Below, in pieces: positions 18,557 to 28,916 of a stretch of DNA of 64,000 nt. Each line of letters starts with the position of its first letter. The stretch's first letter is position 1. The DNA is from Sulfurimonas sp. UBA6792 (GTDB taxonomy: Bacteria > Campylobacterota > Campylobacteria > Campylobacterales > Sulfurimonadaceae): the NCBI GenBank assembly GCA_002452425.1, contig DKFQ01000066.1:906-64905 (forward strand). The letters run 5' to 3'. Under the pieces are notes generated by a model. It saw nothing but the letters and a program-made list of their open reading frames with translations, was not told where the DNA came from and searched no databases. A program made the translations under genes and the position numbers.

Positions 18557-19414
18557 TTATATTTTTTTCGCAAAATCATTTTGAGTGATTGTTTTTCTCT
18601 CACCTTGATGCACTTTAATAATCTCTGCATACATCTCACAATACTCTTTTGCTTCAGTATCCTCTTTTAAGATACCAGTTGGGAATTTGTTTAACTGTTC
18701 TTCAGGAGAAAGTTCATCATATTTTTTCTTAGGGATAGTAATACCATCAATCCACTCAAGGTTTTCCATAGCTGACGCCATCTTGTTTTTTCTGCCAAGA
18801 TTAATATGACAATTTGACATAACATCAATAAAAGAGAAACCTTTATGCTCAATCGCTTTTACAAGTGTTTTTTCAAGTTTTTTAGGGTCTATCATCGTCT
18901 CTCTAGCAACAAAAGATGCTCCAGATGCGATTGCCAAATCTGTAGCGTTAAAAGTCGGGTCAATGTTTCCAGCTTTTTGCGATACTGTCCACATACCTTG
19001 TGGTGTTGTTGGACTTGTTTGAGAGTTTGTCAAACCGTAGATAAAGTTATTAATCATTATCATTGTGATGTCAATATTTCTTCTACATCCATGAATTGTG
19101 TGGTTACCACCGATTGCAAGCGCGTCACCATCACCAGCAACACAGATGACATATTTATCTGGATTTGCAAGTTTGATACCTGTAGCAAATGCTACTGTTC
19201 TACCATGTGTTGTGTGAACCGTATTGAAATCTATGTAAGATGAAAATCTTCCTGAACATCCGATTCCAGAAACAACACAAACATCATCTTTATTGATGCC
19301 TAGTTTATCAATCGCTCGTACAAAAGCTTTTAGAATAACACCATCACCACAACCCCAACACCAAAGTGTTGGCATCTTTTCAAGTCTTAAATATTTATCG
19401 TAATTAAATGCCAT
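18557..19414 (-). CDS. oorB: 2-oxoglutarate:acceptor oxidoreductase beta subunit
   Basis: WCWGCG, SGIGC, GDGD TPP motif, SQTSPTT. Confidence 0.93.
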   Translation of the reverse strand: MAFNYDKYLRLEKMPTLWCWGCGDGVILKAFVRAIDKLGINKDDVCVVSGIGCSGRFSSYIDFNTVHTTHGRTVAFATGIKLANPDKYVICVAGDGDALAIGGNHTIHGCRRNIDITMIMINNFIYGLTNSQTSPTTPQGMWTVSQKAGNIDPTFNATDLAIASGASFVARETMIDPKKLEKTLVKAIEHKGFSFIDVMSNCHINLGRKNKMASAMENLEWIDGITIPKKKYDELSPEEQLNKFPTGILKEDTEAKEYCEMYAEIIKVHQGERKTITQNDFAKKI

Positions 19415-19415
19415 C

Positions 19416-20567
19416 TTAGAATACCTCTTTTACTTTATTTACAATCTCATACGGAGAAATTGCTCTTCCATTTACCTTATAAAGGCCTTGGATGTCGAGT
19501 CTTCCAGAAACTCTCTCAACTTCTTCAGTATATTGTCTAATATTAAGCTCTACACACAACACATTTTTAATTTTGTCTGTGTATTTTTTAATCGATTCTG
19601 CTGGGCTTGGCCAGAGAGTAATCGGTCTAAAGAGACCTGCTTTGATACCAGCAGCACGTAAGTGACGAATAGACTCTTTAGCAGCAAGAGATACTGAACC
19701 ATACGCAATGATAAGAACTTCACCCTCTGCACCAGTTAAGTCATCAAGCATAAATTCTTCGTTAAGTTCGATTTCATCTCTATGTGCCATAACTTTGTCT
19801 TCAAGTCTTTGAATCAGTTTTCTACATGTCTCTATCTCTTCTGTTGGGAAGCCCATTGCATCATGATGTAAACCTGTAAAATGGTATCTATACCCTTTAA
19901 ACATTGGGTTAAGTACCGCTGCTTCATCTGAACCTACTCCATAAGGACGATAGTCCTCAGGTGCACCATCAAATGTTTTTCTTGGAACGATACCAGCTCT
20001 TACTTCCTCTTCTGTTGGAAGCATCGCCTTACCGTGCATATGCCCGATAGTCTCATCCGTAAGAACAAAAACAGGTTGCATAAATCTATCTGCTAAGTTA
20101 AATGCTCTTACAACTTCTGTATAGCACTCCTCTAGGTTTCCAGCACACAGTGTTATAGATCTGTAATCACCGTGAGATGGGTTTTTTGCTTGGCGAACAT
20201 CACCTTGAGAAACACGTGTTGGAAGGCCAGTTGATGGACCACCACGCATAACGTTAACAACCACGAGAGGAACTTCTGTCATTTGAGCAAGACCGAGATT
20301 TTCCGCTTTAAGTGAAATACCAGGACCAGATGTAGCAGTCATCGTTCTCACACCACTCATTCCAGCACCGATTGCAGCTGCAACACCAGCAATCTCATCT
20401 TCCATTTGAATACATGCTCCACCAACTTCTGGCATCAAATCAGACATTTCATGCATAATTTCACTTGATGGGGTAATCGGGTAACCACCGAAAAATCTAC
20501 ACCCTGCATCTTTTGCAGCTAATGCAGATAGTTCATTACCGCTTGAAATCACTTCTCTTGTTCCCAT
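19416..20567 (-). CDS. oorA: 2-oxoglutarate:acceptor oxidoreductase alpha subunit
   Basis: YPITPS, QMEDE, TSGPG, RGGPSTG. Confidence 0.93.
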   Translation of the reverse strand: MGTREVISSGNELSALAAKDAGCRFFGGYPITPSSEIMHEMSDLMPEVGGACIQMEDEIAGVAAAIGAGMSGVRTMTATSGPGISLKAENLGLAQMTEVPLVVVNVMRGGPSTGLPTRVSQGDVRQAKNPSHGDYRSITLCAGNLEECYTEVVRAFNLADRFMQPVFVLTDETIGHMHGKAMLPTEEEVRAGIVPRKTFDGAPEDYRPYGVGSDEAAVLNPMFKGYRYHFTGLHHDAMGFPTEEIETCRKLIQRLEDKVMAHRDEIELNEEFMLDDLTGAEGEVLIIAYGSVSLAAKESIRHLRAAGIKAGLFRPITLWPSPAESIKKYTDKIKNVLCVELNIRQYTEEVERVSGRLDIQGLYKVNGRAISPYEIVNKVKEVF

Positions 20568-20902
20568 TATTTCACTCCTTTTTGGTCTAGTGCCATATAG
20601 TTATTTGCAACGATTGCAGCTTGGCGCTCTTTTGCATCATCTGTTAATTTTGCAAATTTGAATTGATTTTTATCTGCAACATAAATAGCAAAATCAGGAC
20701 ACGATAATTCACACTCATTACAACCTATGCATGACTCTGGATTATTGACAGAAATCATTGCTCCTAGCGTCGATGTTGAATCATACTTCATTCCAAGTAC
20801 GCCTGAAGGACATACTGATACACATATATCACACGCTTTACAATTACCCGTATTTACCCACACTGGCACATTGCCTGGGTACTCGATCATAGCAGCTCCC
20901 AT
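20567..20902 (-). CDS. oorD: 2-oxoglutarate:acceptor oxidoreductase ferredoxin (delta) subunit
   Basis: Two CxxCxxCxxxCP [4Fe-4S] motifs. Confidence 0.92.
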   Translation of the reverse strand: MGAAMIEYPGNVPVWVNTGNCKACDICVSVCPSGVLGMKYDSTSTLGAMISVNNPESCIGCNECELSCPDFAIYVADKNQFKFAKLTDDAKERQAAIVANNYMALDQKGVK

Positions 20903-21052
20903 TTCTTCTCCTCTTTTTTTAAAGTACTTTTAAATTATACATTTGCGTAAAACAGATTAACTCATTTTAATTAATGCAACTCTGAAATGTGCTCATAACG
21001 CTTCATTAAGAACGAAAGTGTTACTAAATGAAGCTCGCACAAATTCAAAATG

Positions 21053-21928
21053 TTACTTTTTTGCCAAAACCTCTGCAATTGCCTTGCCAATTTCGGCAGG
21101 TGAAACAACAACTTTTACGCCTGCTGCTTCCAAAGCTGCCATTTTCTCAGCTGCTGTTCCTGCACCACCACTTACTATCGCACCTGCATGACCCATTCTT
21201 TTACCCTTAGGTGCAGTCTGTCCTGCGATAAATGCAACAACAGGTTTTGTAATATGCTCTTTGATATATGCTGCCGCTTGAATCTCTAAATCTCCGCCAA
21301 TTTCACCAATCATAACGATTGCATGCGTCTCTGGGTCTGCTTCAAACATTGGTAAAAGTTGCTTATATGAAAGACCGATAATTGGGTCTCCGCCGATACC
21401 AACCGCAGTTGAGATACCAAAACCTTCTCTACAAACTTGGTTTGCACCCTCATAAGTTAGAGTACCTGACTTTGAAATAAGTCCAACATTTCCTTTTTTG
21501 AAAATCATCCCTGGCATAATTCCGATTTTACACTCTTCAGCCGTGATGATACCTGGGCAGTTTGGCCCTATGGTTTTCATGCCATGTTTCATCGCATACG
21601 CTTTAGCTGCTTGCATATCACGAACTGGTGCACCCTCTGTGATGATAACCGCAAGTTCGATTCCTGCATCTGCCGCTTCCATAACTGCATCTGCCACAAA
21701 AACAGGCGGAACAAATATCATAGAAACAGTTGCACCCGTAGTAGCAACTGCATCTTTGACCGTGTTAAATACTGGCTGACCTAAATGCTCAGTTCCGCCT
21801 TTGTTTGGTGTAACACCGCCTACTATCTTTGTTCCGTATGCTAAACACTGCTCAGCATGAAAAGAACCCTCTTTACCCGTAAAACCTTGAACGATTACTT
21901 TTGTGTCTTTGTTTACCAATATACTCAT
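21053..21928 (-). CDS. sucD: Succinyl-CoA synthetase alpha subunit
   Basis: QGFTGK, GPNCPG, MGHAGA phospho-His. Confidence 0.97.
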   Translation of the reverse strand: MSILVNKDTKVIVQGFTGKEGSFHAEQCLAYGTKIVGGVTPNKGGTEHLGQPVFNTVKDAVATTGATVSMIFVPPVFVADAVMEAADAGIELAVIITEGAPVRDMQAAKAYAMKHGMKTIGPNCPGIITAEECKIGIMPGMIFKKGNVGLISKSGTLTYEGANQVCREGFGISTAVGIGGDPIIGLSYKQLLPMFEADPETHAIVMIGEIGGDLEIQAAAYIKEHITKPVVAFIAGQTAPKGKRMGHAGAIVSGGAGTAAEKMAALEAAGVKVVVSPAEIGKAIAEVLAKK

Positions 21929-21939
21929 AAATCCCCTCC

Positions 21940-23115
21940 TTACTTAGCTTGTTTTGCAGCTGCTACTGCTTTTGCAGCACCATCAGCCAAATCTGTAGCT
22001 GCTATAACATTTGCGATATTTGCATTTCTTAAAATCTCTGCCGCTTCTGGCGCATTTGTACCATCAAGTCTAACGATTACCGGAACATGAACATCTACAA
22101 GTTTTGTAGCCTCTAAGATACCGTTTGCGATACGGTCACATCTAACGATTCCACCGAAAATATTTACAAATATAGCTTTAACTTTTGGATTTTTAAGAAT
22201 AATCTCAAAACCTTTTGCAACCGTCTCAGCATTTGCTTTTCCGCCAACATCAAGGAAATTTGCAGGAGTTCCGCCCATGTAGTTGATAGTATCCATAGTA
22301 CCCATCGCAAGCCCTGCTCCGTTTACCATACAACCGATTTCGCCATCAAGTGAAACATAAGAGAGACCATATTTGCCAGCTTCTCTCTCGTCTGCATCCT
22401 CTTCGCTAATATCTCTCATCGCTTCGATATCCGGATGACGGCCAAGTGCAGAATCATCAAATCCCATTTTTCCATCAAGCGCTAAAAACTCACCGCTTCC
22501 TGTTTTTACAAGTGGGTTGATCTCTATCATCTCTGCATCATTTTCCATATAGAGTTTATAGAGTTTTGAAGCAAAATCAATAAATTTTTTCTGCTCAGAC
22601 GGGTCTGTGATACCTAGACCAAACACAAGCTCTCTTCCGTGAAAACCTTGAAAACCGATAGCAGGGTCAACTGCTACTTTGATAATCTTCTCAGGAGAAT
22701 CGTGTGCAACATCCTCTATCGCCATACCGCCCTCTGTTGAAGCCATGATAACAGGCATCTCACGTGCGCGGTCAAGAACAACGCCAAGGTATAACTCATC
22801 TTTGATATCTGCACCATCTTCGATGTAGAGTTTTTGAACAAGTTTGCCCTCAGGTCCTGTTTGGTGAGTAACCAAAGTCATCCCTAAAATCTCACGAGAA
22901 AGTTTTTCAACTTCTTCGATAGAGCGAGCAAGCTTTACACCGCCACCAAGACCACGACCACCGGCGTGGATTTGAGCTTTAACAACCCAGATAGGTCCGC
23001 CTAAAATCTCGGCATTTTTAACTGCCTGATCTACGCTCTCCGCCATTAAACCTTTTGGTGTCGGCACGCCGTACTTAGCAAAAATTTGTTTTGCCTGATA
23101 TTCATGTATATTCAT
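21940..23115 (-). CDS. sucC: Succinyl-CoA synthetase beta subunit
   Basis: [36 protein letters not shown]. Confidence 0.97.
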   Translation of the reverse strand: MNIHEYQAKQIFAKYGVPTPKGLMAESVDQAVKNAEILGGPIWVVKAQIHAGGRGLGGGVKLARSIEEVEKLSREILGMTLVTHQTGPEGKLVQKLYIEDGADIKDELYLGVVLDRAREMPVIMASTEGGMAIEDVAHDSPEKIIKVAVDPAIGFQGFHGRELVFGLGITDPSEQKKFIDFASKLYKLYMENDAEMIEINPLVKTGSGEFLALDGKMGFDDSALGRHPDIEAMRDISEEDADEREAGKYGLSYVSLDGEIGCMVNGAGLAMGTMDTINYMGGTPANFLDVGGKANAETVAKGFEIILKNPKVKAIFVNIFGGIVRCDRIANGILEATKLVDVHVPVIVRLDGTNAPEAAEILRNANIANVIAATDLADGAAKAVAAAKQAK

Positions 23116-23138
23116 TAAACTCTTCCTTTTTGTAAAAT

Positions 23139-24530
23139 TTACGCTTTTGGCGATATCATATCTTGTGGTATAACATATTTATCGAACTCTTGAGCAGTTA
23201 AAAGCCCTAGCTCTATCGCTGTTTCCTTAAGAGTTGAACCGTTTTTATGTGCCGTTTTTGCTATTTTTGCCGCATTTTCATAACCTATATAAGGGTTAAG
23301 TGCAGTTACAAGCATAAGCGAGTTGTTTAGATAAAAATCTATCTTATCTTCTACAGGTTCAATTCCAACTGCACAGTTATCGTTAAACGAAACGATAGAG
23401 TCCGCTAGGAGGCGGCATGACTGCAAGAAGTTATACGCAATAACCGGCTTAAATACATTGAGCTGAAAATTTCCCTGACTCGCCGCAAAACCGATAGCCG
23501 CATCATTTCCCATAACTTGACATGTAACCATAGTTACCGCTTCGCTTTGTGTAGGATTTACTTTACCCGGCATGATAGAAGAACCCGGTTCATTTTCAGG
23601 GATAGTAATCTCCCCTATTCCGCATCTAGGACCAGAAGCAAGCCAGCGAACATCGTTTGCGATTTTCATCATATCTGCCGAGAGTGCTTTGAGTGCGCCG
23701 TGTGCGAAAACAAGAGCATCATGAGAAGTTAGTGCATGAAACTTATTTGGAGCGGTTACAAATGTGTGACCCGTAAGCTCTGTTAGTTTACGTGCAACTC
23801 TCTCTCCAAGCTCCGGATGAGCGTTAAGACCTGTTCCGACTGCAGTACCGCCGAGAGCTAGTTCACGAACTGCCTCAAGAGAATCTTTTGCCATTTTTTC
23901 ACACTTGTTAAGCATCTCAACCCAACCGCTAATCTCTTGACCAAGAGTTAAAGGTGTTGCATCTTGTAGGTGTGTACGTCCGATTTTGACGATATGGTCG
24001 AACTTTTGTGACTTCTCTATCAGCGTTGCTCTTAACTTCTCAATAGCAGGAAGAACTCTTGTCTCAACTGCAATAACCGCTGCTACATGAAGAGCTGTCG
24101 GGTATGTGTCGTTTGAACTTTGAGACTTGTTTACATCATCATTTGGATGGATAAGCTTTTCTACTCTAAAATCACCACCCAGAATCTCTGTTGCACGAGA
24201 CGCTAAAACCTCGTTGTTGTTCATATTTGACTGTGTGCCTGAACCCGTCTGCCAAACTACTAGAGGATAAGCATCATCGAGTTTTCCAGCCAACATATCA
24301 TCACAAGCTTGTGCGATAGCATCAGCTTTTCTAGCATCCAGTTTGCCTAAATCTTTATTGACCAGAGCAACTGCTTTTTTAAGGTAAGAAAATGCTCTTG
24401 TAATCTCATAAGGCATCTTCTCTTCACCGATAGCAAAATTTTCAATCGATCTTTGTGTTTGTGCAGCCCAATAAGCATCTATCGGTACTGCAATCTCACC
24501 CATCGTGTCTTTTTCTATACGTGTACGCAA
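23139..24530 (-). CDS. fumC: Fumarate hydratase class II
   Basis: [30 protein letters not shown] start. Confidence 0.97.
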   Translation of the reverse strand: MRTRIEKDTMGEIAVPIDAYWAAQTQRSIENFAIGEEKMPYEITRAFSYLKKAVALVNKDLGKLDARKADAIAQACDDMLAGKLDDAYPLVVWQTGSGTQSNMNNNEVLASRATEILGGDFRVEKLIHPNDDVNKSQSSNDTYPTALHVAAVIAVETRVLPAIEKLRATLIEKSQKFDHIVKIGRTHLQDATPLTLGQEISGWVEMLNKCEKMAKDSLEAVRELALGGTAVGTGLNAHPELGERVARKLTELTGHTFVTAPNKFHALTSHDALVFAHGALKALSADMMKIANDVRWLASGPRCGIGEITIPENEPGSSIMPGKVNPTQSEAVTMVTCQVMGNDAAIGFAASQGNFQLNVFKPVIAYNFLQSCRLLADSIVSFNDNCAVGIEPVEDKIDFYLNNSLMLVTALNPYIGYENAAKIAKTAHKNGSTLKETAIELGLLTAQEFDKYVIPQDMISPKA

Positions 24531-24533
24531 ACT

Positions 24534-25493
24534 CTATTCTCCTTTATTAAAAAAATTATTTTTATTGAGCGTACTAATCAAAGTCTTAACAGAGTTACAA
24601 GAACCCTCAAACATCTTCTTCTCATCTTCATTAAGAGATATTTGTATGATTTTTTCAGCTCCGTTTGCTCCAAGCATAACCGGCACGCCAGAGACGACAT
24701 CAGAGTGACCATACTCGCCCTCTAAAAAGACCGCGCATGGATGAATCTGTTTTGTATCTTTAAGAATCGCTTCTACCATGATAGCCGTTGCTTTTGCAGG
24801 TGCATAGTAAGCAGAGCCTGTTTTGAGATGACCGACTATCTCAGCGCCACCATTGCGTGTACGCACAACAATCTCTTGAATCTCCGCAGGTGTTAAAAGG
24901 TTTGCTAAAGGAACCCCTGCAACAGTCGAGTAACTCGCAAGTGGCACCATATCATCACCATGTCCACCCATAACGGAAGCTCTGATTTGCCCTCCTCCGT
25001 AGCCGAGTTTCTCTTGTATAAAACTTGCCATTCTTGCACTATCAAGTATGCCAGCCATCCCTATAACACGGCTTCTCTCAAAACCACTCTCTCTGAGTGC
25101 GACATATGTCATAGCATCAAGTGGATTTGAAACCATGATGATGATAGCGTCCGGTGAATATTTTGCAACGCCTGCGATAACATCTTTAGTGATGTTTGCA
25201 TTAATCATCAAAAGATCATCACGGCTCATACCTGGGAGTCTTGGGCTTCCTGCAGTTACTACAACAACATCACAGTTTGTCAAATCCGACATCTCTTCAG
25301 CAACACTTACCACAGTATGGCTTCTTACCGCCGCTGCTGCTTGGCTCATGTCTAACGCTTTTCCTTTAGCAACATCAATCTTGTTATCACGAAGAATTAT
25401 CTCATGACAAGAACCAAGCATTGCTAAAGAGTATGCTACTGTTGCACCAACATTTCCAGCACCAACAATTCCGACTCTTTTTCCTTGATTCAT
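24534..25493 (-). CDS. mdh: Malate dehydrogenase (LDH-like)
   Basis: [36 protein letters not shown] before MNQGK. Confidence 0.95.
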   Translation of the reverse strand: MNQGKRVGIVGAGNVGATVAYSLAMLGSCHEIILRDNKIDVAKGKALDMSQAAAAVRSHTVVSVAEEMSDLTNCDVVVVTAGSPRLPGMSRDDLLMINANITKDVIAGVAKYSPDAIIIMVSNPLDAMTYVALRESGFERSRVIGMAGILDSARMASFIQEKLGYGGGQIRASVMGGHGDDMVPLASYSTVAGVPLANLLTPAEIQEIVVRTRNGGAEIVGHLKTGSAYYAPAKATAIMVEAILKDTKQIHPCAVFLEGEYGHSDVVSGVPVMLGANGAEKIIQISLNEDEKKMFEGSCNSVKTLISTLNKNNFFNKGE

Positions 25494-25622
25494 ACACACT
25501 CCTTGAAATTAAATTGTATTATGGTAACAAAATAGACTTAATGAAGCCCTTGAACACACTACAACTAAAGACATTTTTTGCCTTTTTTATAAAACTAAAA
25601 AGTTTCATAAAAAAAGAAAAAC

Positions 25623-25645
25623 AGACAGAGAAAAAATCTCTGTCT
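25623..25645 (-). terminator. Intrinsic terminator after icd
   Basis: AGACAGAGA-AAAAA-TCTCTGTCT with a T-rich tail on the minus strand. Confidence 0.7.
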
Positions 25646-25656
25646 ATAAAATAATA

Positions 25657-27831
25657 TTAAATGCTATCAATGATTGCATTCAACGTTGCAGATGGTCTCA
25701 TCGCCTTTTCCGCCAATGCATCATTTGGATGGAAATATCCACCAATATTTTGAGGTTTTCCTTCTACCGCCATAAGCTCAGACATAATTTTGTCTTCGTT
25801 TTCAATCAAAGCTTTTGCAACCGGAGCAAATTTTGCTGCCAACTCTGCGTTGCTGCCCTCTGCAAGTGCTTTTGCCCAGTACTGCGCAACATAGAAGTGA
25901 GAAGCTTTGTTATCTGGCTCTCCAACTTTTCTTCCCGGCTCTTTTGAGTTATCGAGGTATGAATTATTTGCAACATCAAGAGCAGCTGTAAGTGCTGTTA
26001 ATTTTGCATCTGCATGCTTGTTACCTAAAAATCTCAAAGACTCTGCAAGTGCCAAGAATTCACCAAGAGAATCCCATCTTAAGTGACCCTCATTCAAGAA
26101 TTGTTCAACGTGCTTAGGAGCAGATCCGCCCGCACCAGTCTCATATAGACCGCCACCAGCAAGCAATGGAACGATAGAGAGCATTTTTGCAGATGTTCCA
26201 AGCTCTAAGATCGGGTACATGTCTGTTAAGTGGTCACGTAAAACGTTACCAGTTACAGCGATTGTATTTTTACCTTCACGAATACGAGTGTTAGTGAAAC
26301 GCGTAGCATCTGTTACATTCATAAACTGGATATCTAAACCAGTTGTATCAAAATCTGCTAAATATGCTTTAACCTTTTTGATAAGTTCAGCATCGTGAGC
26401 TCTTTTTTCATCTAACCAGAATACTGCAGGGATACCCTCGATTTTTGTTCTCTCAACTGTTAAACGAACCCAGTCACGGATTGGAATATCTTTAACACGA
26501 GACATTCTCCAGATATCACCTGCTTCACACTCGAAACTCATCATCACTGAACCATCCTCAGCAGTTACCGTTACAGTACCAGACTCTGCAAGTTCAAATG
26601 TAGTTGGGTGAGAACCGTACTCTTCAGCTTTTTGAGCCATAAGACCGATATTTTGCATCGTACCCATAGTTGTTACATCGTATTGACCATGTTTTACACA
26701 ATCCGCTACCATCTCAGCGTGGAACATTCCATATGTAGAATCTGGAATAACAGCAACAGTCTCTAGTGCTGCACCTGTTCTATCCCACTGTTTACCACCC
26801 TCACGAACAACAACCGGCATAGAAGCATCGATAATGATGTCATTTGGAGCATTAAAGTTTGTTGTTCCTTTATCAGAGTCAACCATGGCAATCTTTGGAG
26901 CATCAGCGTTTACAACTGCTTGGAAAGCTACTTTGATTTCAGCTTCTTTAGCGTGTCCTTTGATTTTTTTCTCTAAGTCTGACATACCCATGTTTGAGTT
27001 AACACCAACTTCTTTAAATACATCTGCATATTGAGCGAACACATCTGCAAAGAAGATTTCAAAAGCATGACCAAACATAATTGGGTCAGAGATTTTCATC
27101 ATAGTTGCTTTTAAGTGTACAGACCAGATAAGTCCTTTTGCTTTTGCATCTTCGATTGTTTGTTTATAAAATGCTCTTAGTGCTTCTACTGACATAAATG
27201 TCCCATCTAAGACTTCATCAGCTACCGCATTGATAGTTTTTAACTCTTTACCGTTAAGAGCGATAGTAACTTTTTGATCTTTTGCAACTGTTACAGACTT
27301 CTCATTTCCGTAAAAATCACCTTTTCCTTGCATATGCGCAACATATGCTTTAGAATTTTCAGAGAAAGCTCTTAATTTATGTGGATTTTTCTTAGCAAAG
27401 TTTTTTACAGCAACTGCAGCACGTCTGTCTGAGTTTCCTTCTCTAAGTACCGGGTTAACCGCTGAACCTAAACATGCGCTATATTTAGCTTGAATTGCTT
27501 TTTCTTCTTCTGTTTGTGGATTTTCAGGGTAATTAGGGATGTCATATCCTTGACTTTGAAGCTCAGCAATACAATCTTTAAGCTGACCAGCAGAAGCTGA
27601 AATATTTGGAAGCTTAATGATGTTTGCTTCTGGCTTGAGACAAAGTTCACCTAATTTTGAAAGTTCATCTTCTGCAAGACCCATTGCAGCTAAAACTCTA
27701 CCTGCTAGTGAAATATCACTAAGAACTACTTCAACACCTGCTGCTTTAGTAAAAGCATTTACGATTGGTAATAACGAATACGTTGCTAAAGCCGGTGCTT
27801 CATCAATCTTTGACCAAATAATTTTTGACAT
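25657..27831 (-). CDS. icd: Monomeric NADP-dependent isocitrate dehydrogenase
   Basis: DEAPALATYS, KLPNISAS, AVNPVLREGNSDRR, HLKATMMK, ETGAGGSAPKH. Confidence 0.97.
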   Translation of the reverse strand: MSKIIWSKIDEAPALATYSLLPIVNAFTKAAGVEVVLSDISLAGRVLAAMGLAEDELSKLGELCLKPEANIIKLPNISASAGQLKDCIAELQSQGYDIPNYPENPQTEEEKAIQAKYSACLGSAVNPVLREGNSDRRAAVAVKNFAKKNPHKLRAFSENSKAYVAHMQGKGDFYGNEKSVTVAKDQKVTIALNGKELKTINAVADEVLDGTFMSVEALRAFYKQTIEDAKAKGLIWSVHLKATMMKISDPIMFGHAFEIFFADVFAQYADVFKEVGVNSNMGMSDLEKKIKGHAKEAEIKVAFQAVVNADAPKIAMVDSDKGTTNFNAPNDIIIDASMPVVVREGGKQWDRTGAALETVAVIPDSTYGMFHAEMVADCVKHGQYDVTTMGTMQNIGLMAQKAEEYGSHPTTFELAESGTVTVTAEDGSVMMSFECEAGDIWRMSRVKDIPIRDWVRLTVERTKIEGIPAVFWLDEKRAHDAELIKKVKAYLADFDTTGLDIQFMNVTDATRFTNTRIREGKNTIAVTGNVLRDHLTDMYPILELGTSAKMLSIVPLLAGGGLYETGAGGSAPKHVEQFLNEGHLRWDSLGEFLALAESLRFLGNKHADAKLTALTAALDVANNSYLDNSKEPGRKVGEPDNKASHFYVAQYWAKALAEGSNAELAAKFAPVAKALIENEDKIMSELMAVEGKPQNIGGYFHPNDALAEKAMRPSATLNAIIDSI

Positions 27832-27971
27832 CTTTTTGTCCTCGGTTTTAATATTTTATATTCTTGCAATAAGGTAACACTTAGAGCAAAAATTTATAAA
27901 GACATCTTACCATCAACATAAATAATATGACAAAACATTGCGAAACTATTTACTTTTCTTTTAAAAGTGTT

Positions 27972-28916
27972 TCAATTTGTAGCACGTTTAATATTGTCTA
28001 AATGTGTAGAATAGTTACGCGAGAAATCATGTGTTCCATTTTTGGATTTCATAAAGTAGAGATAATCGCTCTGTGCAGGAAAAATGGCAGCTCTGATTGC
28101 TTCAAAACTGACATTACAGACAGGATGCTCCGGAAGCCCCTTGTTTAGGTAAGTATTATATGTTGACGTGTCCTCTTTTATCATCTGTGGCGTTACTCTC
28201 GTATGCGAATATGGACCATAATTGAGCGTGCCATCCATCTGCAGTTTCATCCCTTTTTTGAGTCTGTTGTAGATCACAGAACTCACAAGGGGCATCTCCT
28301 CAATCGAGGCTGATTCTTTTTGAATGATAGATGCTATTGTTACGAAATGTAACCATTTCTTCTCATCATAGCGCCCAAAAATCATTTTTGCTATTTTTTT
28401 CATCTGTATATCTGATTCATAGAGCAAAATCTTTATAACCATTTTCTCAGTTATACCCATTGGCAATTTATAGGTATTTGGAGCAAAAGCGCCCTCTTTT
28501 TGTTTTGTCTCAAGCGCATACTCTTTTTCTAAAAGTTCTCTACTGAGTTGAAGCTGCTCTGCAAGCTGATTTAAGAAGATATAAGTAGTCTCCCCTGGAA
28601 TAAGTCTGATATCCACAAGAGCAGCCTTAGCGGTGGTGAGTTTATAAAGAAAGTCCCATCTGCTGTTATGCGTAGTTTTCATGTCAATCCATCCGCTTTG
28701 AGGAGAGCCCATGATACGAAGCAAGAGTGTATCAAGCTTCGTCACATTGTAATGCTTCTGCTGCATTTGTGTTATAATTTTATTTATCGAACCTTCGGGA
28801 ATGTATATTACTCTAGGGGATTTTATAGGCTGATTTAGGTAATACATGAACGATAACGCGATTATTAATGCTATCTCAAAAATCCAGTTTGCTACTATCA
28901 CTCTTTTATCATTCAT
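27972..28916 (-). CDS. mltG: Endolytic transglycosylase MltG
   Basis: ASIIQKES, YNRLKKGMKLQMD, YNTY..GLP, YLYF. Confidence 0.92.
   Translation of the reverse strand: MNDKRVIVANWIFEIALIIALSFMYYLNQPIKSPRVIYIPEGSINKIITQMQQKHYNVTKLDTLLLRIMGSPQSGWIDMKTTHNSRWDFLYKLTTAKAALVDIRLIPGETTYIFLNQLAEQLQLSRELLEKEYALETKQKEGAFAPNTYKLPMGITEKMVIKILLYESDIQMKKIAKMIFGRYDEKKWLHFVTIASIIQKESASIEEMPLVSSVIYNRLKKGMKLQMDGTLNYGPYSHTRVTPQMIKEDTSTYNTYLNKGLPEHPVCNVSFEAIRAAIFPAQSDYLYFMKSKNGTHDFSRNYSTHLDNIKRATN

Noticed and set aside
25523..27880. Shared TGTTACC motif upstream of mdh and icd (also near acnB and the REC-RHH gene) as a TCA regulon box
   Set aside because: At mdh and icd it reads as an ordinary extended -10 element (TGnTACCAT, TGnTACCTT); too short to support a regulon without a statistical scan
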